64,000 bases of DNA from Candidatus Heimdallarchaeota archaeon (GCA_030603365.1 JAUVXV010000001.1:416001-480000); one strand, 5' to 3'; positions 49,166 to 59,540 are shown, counted from the first letter of the stretch. Program-made: numbers and translations. Notes: a model not told the origin generated them from the letters alone.

Positions 49166-49525
49166 TTATGAACTCTTATCCTTTTCTTTTTGGAATTTAA
49201 TGAAATAAGAACCATCTTTATTTCGTCCAATTATTGGACTTTCTTCATCTGATTCAGCAAGAAGCTTATCTATATCAACTTCAAAAACACCGTTTGTTGT
49301 TAATCGTATTGCTTCAACTCCATCCTGAATTTCTGTACCTTCAATTTCATTTACAACTATTAATTCTAGTTCCTTTTCCTTTAAATCTGAATCTGCATTT
49401 TTTCTATATGTTTTGAACTTGAATGAACCACAAAATGGACATCCGTTAATAAGAATCTGAACATTTAATTCTAATTCCTTCTCACATAAACCACAAATCG
49501 TTGTTTTTTCTGATGGTTCTACCAT
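49166..49525 (-). CDS. DUF2072 / OapC-like zinc-ribbon protein
   Basis: 'CGLC...INGCPFCGSFKF', 'VEAIRL...GVFEVDIDKL', 'DGSYFI'. Confidence 0.78.
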   Translation of the reverse strand: MVEPSEKTTICGLCEKELELNVQILINGCPFCGSFKFKTYRKNADSDLKEKELELIVVNEIEGTEIQDGVEAIRLTTNGVFEVDIDKLLAESDEESPIIGRNKDGSYFIKFQKEKDKSS

Positions 49526-49567
49526 AGACTAACATTAGTTTCTTCTATTCTTATTTTTATTGCTTGT

Positions 49568-50422
49568 TTATTCCATCAGGACACTTGAACTATAAAGAAA
49601 AGGACCTTCATAATCACATCTGGAACATCCATTTTCTTCTAAATCCTCTAATGTTCCAAAATCACCATTCTCTCCAATATTATATAGAATTCCACATTTA
49701 CATTTGTATAGCTTTGGAGACATTTTGCTTTCTCTTAAATACATAGGACCATAATAGTGATTAAAAATTGTCTCTTTTGAGCTATTTTTTACTTTGAGAA
49801 TATACATGTTTGATGTATTCTTTTCAAAAGGTGTTGGATATTCGTATTTATTAAAATCTACGAGTACATTTTCAATTTCTAAATCCATCAAATTGAACAT
49901 TTCAGTAATCCATTCCTCTTTTTCTTTCTCAATATCAAAAGAGAGGAAGATTTTTGATGGGATTTCCTTTGTAGCACATTGAACAGCTCTAGATAAACCA
50001 ACTTCCAACCCTTCTTTAGTCATTGAAGGTTCTAGAAAAATGTAATCAAATTGATTTCTTAATATTGCTATCATCCTGATTCTAATATCCTGATTGATAT
50101 ATCTTATGGAACGGATTTTATAATCAAATTTCAGTTTAAATACTATTTCAGGTATTCTTTTATCTATATCTAAAACCGCTAGGTCTCTTGGTTTAGAAAT
50201 CATTCCGAGAGACAAAGAAGAAAGATCCATGTCACCTAAGAAAATTATTCGCTTTTTTTCATAATTCGCTGGGTTTTCCAATAGAATTCTTCGATAGCTT
50301 GTATCCAATGTTACATAATATTGATCAAATTCAGGATTAGGTTTTCCCCTAAGTTCTTGAATCTCGCCATATGCTGTTTTAATATTATTAAGAATATCTG
50401 AATCAAGAGATCCAACGTTCAT
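49568..50422 (-). CDS. BpsA/DUF43-like aminopropyltransferase/methyltransferase-fold protein with a C-terminal Cys motif
   Basis: 'R..P..EFDQ..VT', 'IIFLGDMDLSSL', 'VLDIDKR', 'FDYIF.EP'; C-terminal CKC...CSRC. Confidence 0.65.
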   Translation of the reverse strand: MNVGSLDSDILNNIKTAYGEIQELRGKPNPEFDQYYVTLDTSYRRILLENPANYEKKRIIFLGDMDLSSLSLGMISKPRDLAVLDIDKRIPEIVFKLKFDYKIRSIRYINQDIRIRMIAILRNQFDYIFLEPSMTKEGLEVGLSRAVQCATKEIPSKIFLSFDIEKEKEEWITEMFNLMDLEIENVLVDFNKYEYPTPFEKNTSNMYILKVKNSSKETIFNHYYGPMYLRESKMSPKLYKCKCGILYNIGENGDFGTLEDLEENGCSRCDYEGPFLYSSSVLME

Positions 50423-50470
50423 TGGTGACTATTTTTTTTTGCTACTTTAAAAAGATTCACTGAAGCGTCA

Positions 50471-52735
50471 TCAAGATAGGAAGGTTAGTTGCTTTAGAAT
50501 ATTAAACAGTTCATCAACGGGTAATTTATCTATCTTCTTATTATCTCTAGTTTTTCTCTCCATTTCCTTCAATAAAAGTCCATATTCGTAAGCTGATTTA
50601 GATATTTGAGCAAAGGTAGAATCGTATTGTGCAACAGATTGGAGTTTTTCACTAGCTTTATTTGCTTCTTTTGATGCTTCAATAAAATAGGAAGCAGCCT
50701 TGTAATTGTCTTTATTAGTATCCGCTCCAATTCCAAGTATTGCTGTTTTTGTGGCATCAAGGAAATTTGTTAGTGCTTCAGATAATATTTTCTTAATCTC
50801 AATTGCTTTCCAGTTAATATTTGTATCCTTTAACTCAAACATTTTCTTGTGGTTCAGCAATTCCCCACAATCCTCACTTATTCGGATATTTATAGCATTA
50901 AATAATGTGAATTGATTGAAATTATGGTTTATTACTATTTGATAATTCTCCTTTGTTGTTTCCTTTTTTGAAACAGCTATTTTGTAACTTCTTGCAATTC
51001 TATCTATAACTGTATTAAGAAAGAGAAATTGTCGTGTTAGCTCAAAGAGACGTAATTCGATATCTTGTCCTTGAATAAATGTTTGACTATATCTATGCTC
51101 AACCCATGCTTTATCGATTTTTGATTTGTCACTTAACTGAGAAATCTCAATTGCTTTTGTTGAATAATAATGAGCTTTAGCATGATAAATTATGTCGAGA
51201 ACTTCATTTGAATCTTTATCAGCAAGACTATGTTCTAGGTATATAGAATTAGCCATGAATTCCAAACATTCTATATCTTTGATAATATACACTTTTGTTT
51301 CAGATTTGGGTAAGAAATAAGCAGAAATTTTAATATTTGAGATGTTTTCAAGCAATGATTCAATACTCTCAGGCTTGATTTTTTTTCCTTTTTTCTCTAA
51401 ATCAACCAATTGATCTGAAATATCTTTTATTGCAAATTCTAAGCTTTCAATGAACCTGATTAGATTTTGTTCTGCTTTATTAATGGCTTTATCAAAAGGT
51501 AACTTTTCAAGCGTTGCTATTTTAAGTTCTTGTACGAAATTCAAATACACATATGGCAAGCTACTTACATAATTGATATTAACTTTCAAACCTGGTTTAT
51601 TAACAATAGTCTCTACTTCTTTTATCAGTTTTTGAATTTCCTTGTTAGATCCTGTAGAAATGATAGAGTTCAATTGTGAGGTTTTTGCTGCAAGTTCTGC
51701 AATTCCGTGGAAGAAAATATGAATAGATTCATTCTTTTGAATATCTTCTTTGAGTCGTAGATTTCTTTCATCTAAATCAGTATTTGACGAAAGTACTTTG
51801 AGAGCTTCAGTTTCAAATCCCAAAACTAAATAGAGAAATTGAACACTAGCGATAAAACTGTCACTTTTAGCAGCTTCAAAACTCAATCTAAGATAATGGT
51901 CTGTTAATTCGTTATTTCTTAAAGCTAGGTTGAGAAGGAGATGGCTATTTTCTATCTGCTTTCCCTTTAACTCAGGATCTTCAGAAAGATCGCTATAATA
52001 CTCCAAGGCAGTTTCAAGGTGCGAAAGGCTTCTTTCAAATGCAAAGTGAGTTGCTATTGGGTCCTTCCACCACCAATCTTGACCCAATCTTTTTAGAAAT
52101 TGAGAAGTAAATGAAACATCAAATTCAGCAAGAACCAGTTCATATGAACCTTTTTCTTCTAATAGTCTCTCCTTATTAACTTCATTAGGCGATTCTTCAA
52201 GAAGTTGTATGATTTGATTTTTTTGATTTACCAGCAGAAAAGTAAGCATAACTTCTTCAATACTTGAAGCTCGAGGATGAGTTGAATCAAAATATGTTTG
52301 TGAAATTGAATTCAGAATCCGATATCCTTCAATATAAGATGTACAATATTCTGGAGATGGTTGAGTTCCAAAAATACCTGTGTTTACTATGTCTGCATAG
52401 ATGACCATAAGGTTAGCTAATTCCATTTGAAATTCTTGTAAATCTTCTAATTTTGTTGTAAGAATTTCTTTCCTTTCAGCATTTGAGTCTATCTGAGATC
52501 TATCTCTAGTCCATTCATCGAGATAACGTCTGTACAGAAGATGTGCTAAGGAAGATACATTGGAAAGGGTTTCAGCACAGAATTTAGAAAAGCTTAACCA
52601 AACTTGACTTAACTCATCTAAATCATCTATCTGAACAAAAGAATGATAGATTCTTTCTCTTTCCAACTCCATCAATACGAATTGTTTGAATGGAGAATCA
52701 CTTAGCAACTCTATTGTCTCTTTGGAAAATACCAT
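50471..52735 (-). CDS. Large all-alpha hypothetical protein
   Basis: 754-aa ORF with amphipathic helical composition and no recognised motif. Confidence 0.7.
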   Translation of the reverse strand: MVFSKETIELLSDSPFKQFVLMELERERIYHSFVQIDDLDELSQVWLSFSKFCAETLSNVSSLAHLLYRRYLDEWTRDRSQIDSNAERKEILTTKLEDLQEFQMELANLMVIYADIVNTGIFGTQPSPEYCTSYIEGYRILNSISQTYFDSTHPRASSIEEVMLTFLLVNQKNQIIQLLEESPNEVNKERLLEEKGSYELVLAEFDVSFTSQFLKRLGQDWWWKDPIATHFAFERSLSHLETALEYYSDLSEDPELKGKQIENSHLLLNLALRNNELTDHYLRLSFEAAKSDSFIASVQFLYLVLGFETEALKVLSSNTDLDERNLRLKEDIQKNESIHIFFHGIAELAAKTSQLNSIISTGSNKEIQKLIKEVETIVNKPGLKVNINYVSSLPYVYLNFVQELKIATLEKLPFDKAINKAEQNLIRFIESLEFAIKDISDQLVDLEKKGKKIKPESIESLLENISNIKISAYFLPKSETKVYIIKDIECLEFMANSIYLEHSLADKDSNEVLDIIYHAKAHYYSTKAIEISQLSDKSKIDKAWVEHRYSQTFIQGQDIELRLFELTRQFLFLNTVIDRIARSYKIAVSKKETTKENYQIVINHNFNQFTLFNAINIRISEDCGELLNHKKMFELKDTNINWKAIEIKKILSEALTNFLDATKTAILGIGADTNKDNYKAASYFIEASKEANKASEKLQSVAQYDSTFAQISKSAYEYGLLLKEMERKTRDNKKIDKLPVDELFNILKQLTFLS

Positions 52736-52814
52736 TAAGTATCAGAAAGAATGTTAGTAAAAAAACGTTTTGACATTTCTTATGAGTTTTAGATATGTAA
52801 GTAACTTCTAATTT

Positions 52815-53066
52815 CTAATAATTTCGATCTTTATACCAACTTGGTTCTCTAAGTTCACCTAGATTTTTATTAAATTCTTGAACAAGTTTTCTAGCTTGAG
52901 AATTTGAATCCACTGCTATTTTCTGAACCTTATCTAAATTTATGATTCTCCCGCAATAGGAACACATCTTTGTTTTCTGTTTTGATTTGCAGTAAGTAAA
53001 CCTACTACATTCTTTTCTCGAGCATCTTATTACAATGTATTCAGAATTTATAATATTACTCTCCAA
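52815..53066 (-). CDS. DUF1922-like zinc-ribbon protein
   Basis: 'YIVIRC...C...Y....KTKMCSYCG..I.L', 'AR.LVQ.FN'. Confidence 0.75.
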   Translation of the reverse strand: MESNIINSEYIVIRCSRKECSRFTYCKSKQKTKMCSYCGRIINLDKVQKIAVDSNSQARKLVQEFNKNLGELREPSWYKDRNY

Positions 53067-53469
53067 TTATTGTTACAGCAACTTTACGAGAACGAGATCT
53101 GACATCCAAGCAGATAAAGACTGGTTGTTGCCAAGTACCAAGTTGCATTCTTCCATCATGAATATTTATTGTTAAACTAGGTCCAATTAAAGAAGCTCTA
53201 AGGTGAGAATGTGCATTCGAATCAATAATATCGTGCTTATATCCAGCTCCCTTGGGGACCAGTTTATGTAATAAGTTCCGAAAATCTTCTAGAACTCTTG
53301 ATTCATATTCTATTGTAGTTAAAGCACCAGTAGATCCAATAACATTTGCAGAAAGAATTCCATTTTTTATGCCAGATTTAAGGACTAGTTTTTCAAATTC
53401 ACTAGTTAAATCAATAATGCTTATCTCGCCCTCTGTTTGGAAATTTACTTTTTCTGATAGTAAATGCAT
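53056..53469 (-). CDS. YjbQ/UPF0047 family protein
   Basis: 'STGALTTIE', 'YKHD...NAHSHLRASLIGPS', 'LGTWQ'. Confidence 0.93.
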   Translation of the reverse strand: MHLLSEKVNFQTEGEISIIDLTSEFEKLVLKSGIKNGILSANVIGSTGALTTIEYESRVLEDFRNLLHKLVPKGAGYKHDIIDSNAHSHLRASLIGPSLTINIHDGRMQLGTWQQPVFICLDVRSRSRKVAVTIIGE

Positions 53470-53614
53470 GATGAAACACCTAAGAAACGCTTATTCATAT
53501 TATTAGAAATCAAATTTGTTAAAAAACTAATCGGTGAAAGAATTTATTCAAAAGAACCTAAATCCTATTCCAAAAGAGATAAGAATTAAAATCTTTCAGT
53601 ATTATAGGAGAGAT

Positions 53615-54319
53615 ATGTCAGATTCAGAAATCAAAATGAACATTCTCATTGAAGAAGCTAATGCAAATTACAATGCTCATAGATACAAAGATGCTGCAAG
53701 GACGTTTGAACATCTAATAACTTTAGCTATACAAAATGACGAGCAAGAGGAAGCTATTTATTTTGCATATAGAGCAGCAGATTGCTGGAGGAAGGAAAAA
53801 AGTCCTATGAACCGAGCTATTATTTTTAGAGATATGGGAAACTTAGCATTTAGCTTCTGCTCAAAGATAATTGATGAATATATTTCAAAGACAAAAAAAC
53901 CTGAGGAAAAAGCTAAAGCATTACTGTTGGCTGGTGAGTGCTTAAGTTTACAAGATCAGTCTAAATCTAATGAGAAGTTGCTAGAAGCAAAAGGATTATT
54001 TGAAGAACTGGCTGAAAAAACAAAAGATAGTAAATTAAAGGTTAATTATCTGATGGATGCACTTGAAGGAACCATTAAACTTGGTAATAAAAAACAGATA
54101 AAGGAGCTTAAAGTTAGAATTGCGAACCATCATGTTAGTACTGCTGAAAGGGACTTCAAAAAGAATACACCAGAAGACTTACAGTCAGCATTAAGATCTT
54201 TTGAAGACGCTTTAGAAATGTTCCAAAATCTGAAATTAAAAGAAGATATTCAGAGTATTTCAAAGAAAATTGATACTCTCAAAAAGAAAGTAGCAAAATA
54301 TGACCCATTTGCAACATAG
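53615..54319 (+). CDS. TPR/SNAP-like alpha-helical repeat protein
   Basis: Helical repeats 'AA..F', 'YRAADCW', 'LLAGECL'; start 53615 or 53534. Confidence 0.6.
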   Translation: MSDSEIKMNILIEEANANYNAHRYKDAARTFEHLITLAIQNDEQEEAIYFAYRAADCWRKEKSPMNRAIIFRDMGNLAFSFCSKIIDEYISKTKKPEEKAKALLLAGECLSLQDQSKSNEKLLEAKGLFEELAEKTKDSKLKVNYLMDALEGTIKLGNKKQIKELKVRIANHHVSTAERDFKKNTPEDLQSALRSFEDALEMFQNLKLKEDIQSISKKIDTLKKKVAKYDPFAT

Positions 54320-54425
54320 GTAGATGAACTTCCTCCTCCTCATTTGTTTAACACTTGAGATAAGAAATACTTTATAGAAACCTATTTTAAAGAAAAATTC
54401 AAAAAAAGAATAATCATGAAAACAT

Positions 54426-54502
54426 GGTCCCGTAGCTCAGCTGGATAGAGCGTCTGCCTCCTAAGCAGACGGTCGCGCGTTCGAATCGCGTCGGGATCGC
54501 CA
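54426..54502 (+). tRNA. tRNA-Arg(CCT), CCA encoded
   Basis: GGTCCCG/CGGGATC-G-CCA; anticodon arm TCTGC-CT-CCT-AA-GCAGA; GTTCGAATC T-loop. Confidence 0.97.
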
Positions 54503-54537
54503 TATTATTACCTCTCAACTAATAAGTTGTGTGAAAG

Positions 54538-55074
54538 ATGAGCAACCAAAACTCTACTACTATCAATGTTTTCATCTGTAATTTTCATACTTGTAATCCT
54601 AAAATTTGTACTGCAAAGAGAATCGTTCGCTTTAAAAAAGCAATTGAGATAAAAATAAATCAAATTAAATCTAATCATATAGTTCTTACACCTTTCTCCG
54701 AAATAGCATTATCTCCTGCAGATTTTGAGAAAGCTAATGCTTTTGGCTTGATTGGAGTAGATTGCTCATGGAATAATATCAGCAATGGTCGTACAGCATT
54801 AGATAAAGGGATAGGAAGGTCATTACCTTTTCTTGTTGCTGCAAATCCTAACAATTATGGAGCTCCTTCAAAACTTAGCACACTTGAAGCAATTGGGGCA
54901 GCACTTTACATACTAGGTGATAAGGAACAAAGTAAAGGAATTTTATCCTTGGTTAGATGGGGAGCTGAATTTCAGAAAATTAATCAAAAATACCTAGATG
55001 GTTATTCCTCAGCAAAAAACAGTAAAGAAGTTGTAAAGAAACAGTCCAAATTCATGAAAGAACTGTATGGATAG
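54538..55074 (+). CDS. tsr3: 16S/18S rRNA aminocarboxypropyltransferase Tsr3
   Basis: 'CNPKICT', 'LSPAD', 'VDCSWN', 'RSLPFLVAANP.NYG...LSTLEA', 'WG.EF..IN'. Confidence 0.93.
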   Translation: MSNQNSTTINVFICNFHTCNPKICTAKRIVRFKKAIEIKINQIKSNHIVLTPFSEIALSPADFEKANAFGLIGVDCSWNNISNGRTALDKGIGRSLPFLVAANPNNYGAPSKLSTLEAIGAALYILGDKEQSKGILSLVRWGAEFQKINQKYLDGYSSAKNSKEVVKKQSKFMKELYG

Positions 55075-55137
55075 ACATTTTTCATAAATTGTTTGATACA
55101 GAATTCTTATAATAATACACATATTAAAAGAATTAAG

Positions 55138-56253
55138 ATGAAAATAGGTATAAACTGCTTTCCAACAGTTGGTGGCTCAGGAATTGTAGCCACTCAACTA
55201 GCTATTGAAATGGCTAAAAAAGGTCATGATGTACATCTGATAAGTTATGATACACCGTTCTTACTTAGAACATTTAGACACCCTAACATAACTTTAGAAC
55301 TTGTTGATATTCTATCCTATCCTCTATTCAAAGATATAGGCTCACCTTATACAATTCTTGCAGCTTCGAAACTTGCACAAATAGCACTAAAAACTGAAGT
55401 TGAGTTAATACATATACATTATGCAATACCTGTTAGTGTTTCAGCATATCTTGCAAAAGAGATAACAAATATACCATTCTCGATTACTGCTCATGGTTCA
55501 GACATACACACTTTGGGTGTGGATCCAGCATATAACCCTGTTATCTCACATGTATTCAATAAAGCAGACGGTTTGTCGACAGTTTCAAATTATATGAAAA
55601 GACAGATTCAAAGCAAATTCAATTATGAGAGAGAACTCGAAGTTTTCTATAATCCAATTGATATCAATAAATATCAAAAAATAGATTCTCAATTCTGTGA
55701 CTTTCGAATCAAATTTGAAAATAATTTTATTCATGTCTCCAATTTCAGACCCGTTAAAAACGCTCCTTTCATCGTTGAGACATTTGCCAATGTTATAAAA
55801 GAATATCCAGATACTGGTTTAATTATGGTAGGCGAAGGACCAGAAAGAAAAAAATGTGAAGATTTAGCTTACAAATTAGGGATTTCTGAGAATGTTATTT
55901 TCCAAGGAGTAAGGGTTTCTATTGCTCCAATTTATAGTTGTGGAGCAGCTCTTCTATCAGCTAGTACGAACGAAAGTTTTGGCTTAACACTTGCCGAAGC
56001 AATGTCCTGTGAGACTCCAGTTATTGCTCCAAATGTTGGAGGAATCCCTGAGGTAATTGACCATGATATTAATGGTTTTATCTATGAACTAGGTGATGGA
56101 GACAGTCTTTCTAAGTACATGATTCGATTATTAGATGACAAAAAACTTGTAAGGAAAATGGGTGGTAAAGGAAGAGAAAAAGTCATCAGTAAATTTGAAG
56201 CAAGTATGATTGCTGATCAATATATTGGGTGGTATGAAAAAATACTAGCTTGA
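55138..56253 (+). CDS. bshA: N-acetyl-alpha-D-glucosaminyl L-malate synthase (GT4)
   Basis: 'MKIGINCFPTVGGSGIVATQL', 'HIHYAIP', 'HGSDI..LG', 'HVSNFRPVK', 'ESFGL..AEAM'. Confidence 0.9.
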   Translation: MKIGINCFPTVGGSGIVATQLAIEMAKKGHDVHLISYDTPFLLRTFRHPNITLELVDILSYPLFKDIGSPYTILAASKLAQIALKTEVELIHIHYAIPVSVSAYLAKEITNIPFSITAHGSDIHTLGVDPAYNPVISHVFNKADGLSTVSNYMKRQIQSKFNYERELEVFYNPIDINKYQKIDSQFCDFRIKFENNFIHVSNFRPVKNAPFIVETFANVIKEYPDTGLIMVGEGPERKKCEDLAYKLGISENVIFQGVRVSIAPIYSCGAALLSASTNESFGLTLAEAMSCETPVIAPNVGGIPEVIDHDINGFIYELGDGDSLSKYMIRLLDDKKLVRKMGGKGREKVISKFEASMIADQYIGWYEKILA

Positions 56254-56254
56254 T

Positions 56255-57877
56255 TTACAATCTAGTATTAATATACCCTATTCCACCAACAGGTGTTTCT
56301 TCAGAGTAATATCTTCTATATGCTGCGAGATAATCGTTTAAACCAGTAATAGAGGCCATTATGAACCAAGGCCAGCTAACTTCCTGCCATTGATGATTTG
56401 CATCATACATACCATATTGCCATGATTTGTATCTTTCAATTTGGTTTAATGATTTCTCTTGAATTCTTCTAGCTTCTTCCATTTTTGCTTTGATTATTTT
56501 TGCTATTTGATTTGATGTTTGCAACAACATCTCAGTTTCTTTCTTCCTTCTAGCCTTAGCGACACTTCCAAGAATCTTGAAGAAGTCATCTACAAAAAGA
56601 GATAGTGTATCCGGTTTAAGCTCTTGACTTATGTTTTCTATCCAAGGTGTATTATACAGTATCCTAGTATATTTAACATAAATCGGAAATTGTATCCCCA
56701 ATTTTTTAACTGCTGGAATGACTTGTGCATTGTAATCTATTTCTCCAGGTCCTGAAACTCGTACATAGATTGGCATGATAGATTGTAGAAGAGCTTGATT
56801 TGTATCTAATTTTGGTACTAAATGCTGTTCATGTTCATTTAAATCAATCTTATCCACATTGACACTGAATGCATAATCCTCTTTGTTTAAAGGGCATTTT
56901 CCAGTAAAATGAAGCATGTTCTCTTCTTCTGTACATAACAGATTAAGTCTATATCCATCATTTGGACATTCATAGAAAAAGGGAGAATAATCCTGTTTCT
57001 TCTTTGCTGTTGTGGGTTTTAGATTCAAATCTTGGATTTTTTCATAAGCTCTATTAAACTCTTGGATATAATTTTGTCTATCTCTAAGGAATGGTTCATA
57101 CCCCTTTACTGTTAATTTGCGAATCTCTGGATGAGAAGAAGGAAAGAATATTACTCCCCAATTATTTATGATATTCGCTTGAACCCCCCAGATAAGTGTG
57201 ATCCATTCACCAATATCTATGGAGGTTCGATATGTTTCTCTAAGAAATGTCAGAAGGTGTTCTATTTTTTCCATATACAACTTTTGTGAATTTTTTTCAA
57301 CTGAATTCTTGAATTCACTAAAAATATTCTTTATTACTTGAAGGTTCTCTTCTAACCAAGCAAAGTTGTTTGTCTGAATTTTATTGACTATTATTCCTTC
57401 GAGTACATCTTCTAGAACTATAGGTTTACTGTTTGATGATTGATAATTTGGTAAGTGAATTGAAGTAATTTCAGGTTGTATGCTATCATGAGTATTAACC
57501 AAAAACATAGGTACAAGGAAATTATCTTCGACCTTGCTTTGATCAGAGAGAGTAACAACTGCAGCTATTTTATTTGCTATAATCCCAGCTCCACCAAAAA
57601 TTGTTGTTTGTTGTCCTCCTAGAACAATACCATTATGCATTGAATTAATATTCTCTTCTACTTTGGGAGTCAATAATCCAAGCTTCTTATGATACTCCCT
57701 TAAAATTGATTTTAGTGTAGTTATCTGATTTTGATCAACTTCTATTTTAGGTAATAATTTGACTTGTGTTATTACTTCAGAGAATGTTTTGGATAAGAAA
57801 CCATAGAAATATTTTCCTTCTGAGAATTCTTTCCCCTCTCTTATATAATCTTCATAGAGGTCACCTATTGTTCCCAT
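56255..57877 (-). CDS. bshC: BshC-like bacillithiol cysteine-adding enzyme
   Basis: 'GGQQTTIFGG.....K', 'VPMF....HD', 'PFFY', 'GPGEIDY.AQ'; convergent with bshA. Confidence 0.72.
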   Translation of the reverse strand: MGTIGDLYEDYIREGKEFSEGKYFYGFLSKTFSEVITQVKLLPKIEVDQNQITTLKSILREYHKKLGLLTPKVEENINSMHNGIVLGGQQTTIFGGAGIIANKIAAVVTLSDQSKVEDNFLVPMFLVNTHDSIQPEITSIHLPNYQSSNSKPIVLEDVLEGIIVNKIQTNNFAWLEENLQVIKNIFSEFKNSVEKNSQKLYMEKIEHLLTFLRETYRTSIDIGEWITLIWGVQANIINNWGVIFFPSSHPEIRKLTVKGYEPFLRDRQNYIQEFNRAYEKIQDLNLKPTTAKKKQDYSPFFYECPNDGYRLNLLCTEEENMLHFTGKCPLNKEDYAFSVNVDKIDLNEHEQHLVPKLDTNQALLQSIMPIYVRVSGPGEIDYNAQVIPAVKKLGIQFPIYVKYTRILYNTPWIENISQELKPDTLSLFVDDFFKILGSVAKARRKKETEMLLQTSNQIAKIIKAKMEEARRIQEKSLNQIERYKSWQYGMYDANHQWQEVSWPWFIMASITGLNDYLAAYRRYYSEETPVGGIGYINTRL

Positions 57878-58175
57878 AGATATTATGTTGGAATAAACTA
57901 TTCTTAACAATTCTCATATAACATAAAATGAATGTGAAACTACTTTATTTACAGCTTTTAATTCGCTTTTTCACTGTCTAGAACGATTATTATATTTTGT
58001 TATAACATTCAAAAATTCTATACTTCCGACACAATTCTTATTGAAGTTTTTTACTTTATAATTTGCTTGATAAATTAAGCAGAATTCTGTTTTTTCATGT
58101 TGAATCTTACACAAATTTTTTAAATGAAGAATCTAAATAAAGCCACAAGAAATAATTTTAAGGTGAAAATAAGAA

Positions 58176-58340
58176 ATGGCTAAAGAATGCCCTAAATGTC
58201 ACAGCAAAAGTCTAAAAGAAGTTGAGGATAAGTCCAAACCAATAGCTTATTTCGGACATCAACCTATATACAAGAAGAAAAAAGTCTGTAAAGATTGCAC
58301 ATATGAATGGTTTGATGAAGGCGGCGCAGAGGCTGTATAA
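58176..58340 (+). CDS. 54-aa zinc-ribbon protein (MAKECPKC...EDKSKPIAY..HQPIYKKKKVCKDCTYEW...)
   Basis: Not in the ORF track; CPKC/CKDC; AGGTGA SD upstream. Confidence 0.8.
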   Translation: MAKECPKCHSKSLKEVEDKSKPIAYFGHQPIYKKKKVCKDCTYEWFDEGGAEAV

Positions 58341-58445
58341 AACCTTCTCTGTTGTATTTTCTTCCCTTCTTTCTCTATCTAGAAATGATTCAATGTCTTT
58401 TCACATATTTTTTCATATATTTTTTCATTCCGTAGGGGTAAGATT

Positions 58446-59540
58446 ATGAAAAAAAAGAAAATTCTGCGGAAATATGCTTTTAGATTTATAGTTTTAGTTA
58501 TAATGATTGGTTTTTTGGTTTTCTTCTTCTTTAGATTAGATTTTGAAGGGTCATATGAAGTCCTTCGAAACGCATCGGTTCTATATCTTCTTATAGCATT
58601 ATTGTTTATGGTAATTAGTGCAGCAGTTAAAGCATATCGTTTCTATATACTTCTGAAACCAAATAACCCTGAACTGAAATTTTCAAAGTTTTTACTTCCT
58701 TATCTTGTTGGCTATGGCTTTAGTGTTCTTGGTCCATTTAAAACAGGGGAAGTTGCTAGTGTGGAAATAAATAAACGCAATCTAGACGTTTCTCGTTCAT
58801 CTTCTTTTGCAGCCTTAGCATTTTTCAGAGTAGTGGATGTAATAGTTGTTCTAGTTTTCTTCATTATTGCTCTAGGAATCACTGTACCAAATATTATCGT
58901 GAATACCACAGATCCCGATTTGGCGAAGTATATTAGAAATGGAACAAATGTCGTTTTTTATCTAGCTATTGCTGGAACAGTTTTACTTACAGCTGTTTTA
59001 TTTGTTCCTCCAATAGGTAGGTATTTTCTCAAATTAACAAAGAAAATACTCGGTAAGATTTCTCAAAAAGCAAGTAATTGGTTAGAAAGAGTCGTTGAGC
59101 CAGCTTTAGATGAATATTATCAGTCATTGAAATTCCTTTATAGTAAGTGGTTAATTGCAACAGTTGTTATAACTACAACTGTACTCAGATGGATACTAGA
59201 ATTTTATTCTCTTAAATTCACATTAATTGCATTTGGTAGTGATATTGGTTTAATTGATGCTGCTTCTGTGATTTCCATAGCATTACTGATTGGGCTTCTA
59301 ACTTTCGTACCTGCAGGAGCAGGAACCGGAACAATAACTACTGAAATCCTTCTAATTGGATTATTGATTGATAAAAATATAGCAGATGCATCTATTCTTT
59401 ACCAAGCTTTGATAGGAATAGTTCTTACTTTGCTGTTAGCTGTTATAGCATCACCATTCCTAAAAAACAAAAAAAATACAAATACCAAAAAAGAAAACGA
59501 TAGTGCTCTTCAGGATACCGAATCTGGAAATATAACTTAA
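58446..59540 (+). CDS. Lysylphosphatidylglycerol synthase TM-domain / flippase-like protein (UPF0104)
   Basis: 'KAYRF..LL', 'GPFKTGEV', 'FRVVD', 'PAGAG..E'; multi-TM. Confidence 0.85.
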   Translation: MKKKKILRKYAFRFIVLVIMIGFLVFFFFRLDFEGSYEVLRNASVLYLLIALLFMVISAAVKAYRFYILLKPNNPELKFSKFLLPYLVGYGFSVLGPFKTGEVASVEINKRNLDVSRSSSFAALAFFRVVDVIVVLVFFIIALGITVPNIIVNTTDPDLAKYIRNGTNVVFYLAIAGTVLLTAVLFVPPIGRYFLKLTKKILGKISQKASNWLERVVEPALDEYYQSLKFLYSKWLIATVVITTTVLRWILEFYSLKFTLIAFGSDIGLIDAASVISIALLIGLLTFVPAGAGTGTITTEILLIGLLIDKNIADASILYQALIGIVLTLLLAVIASPFLKNKKNTNTKKENDSALQDTESGNIT

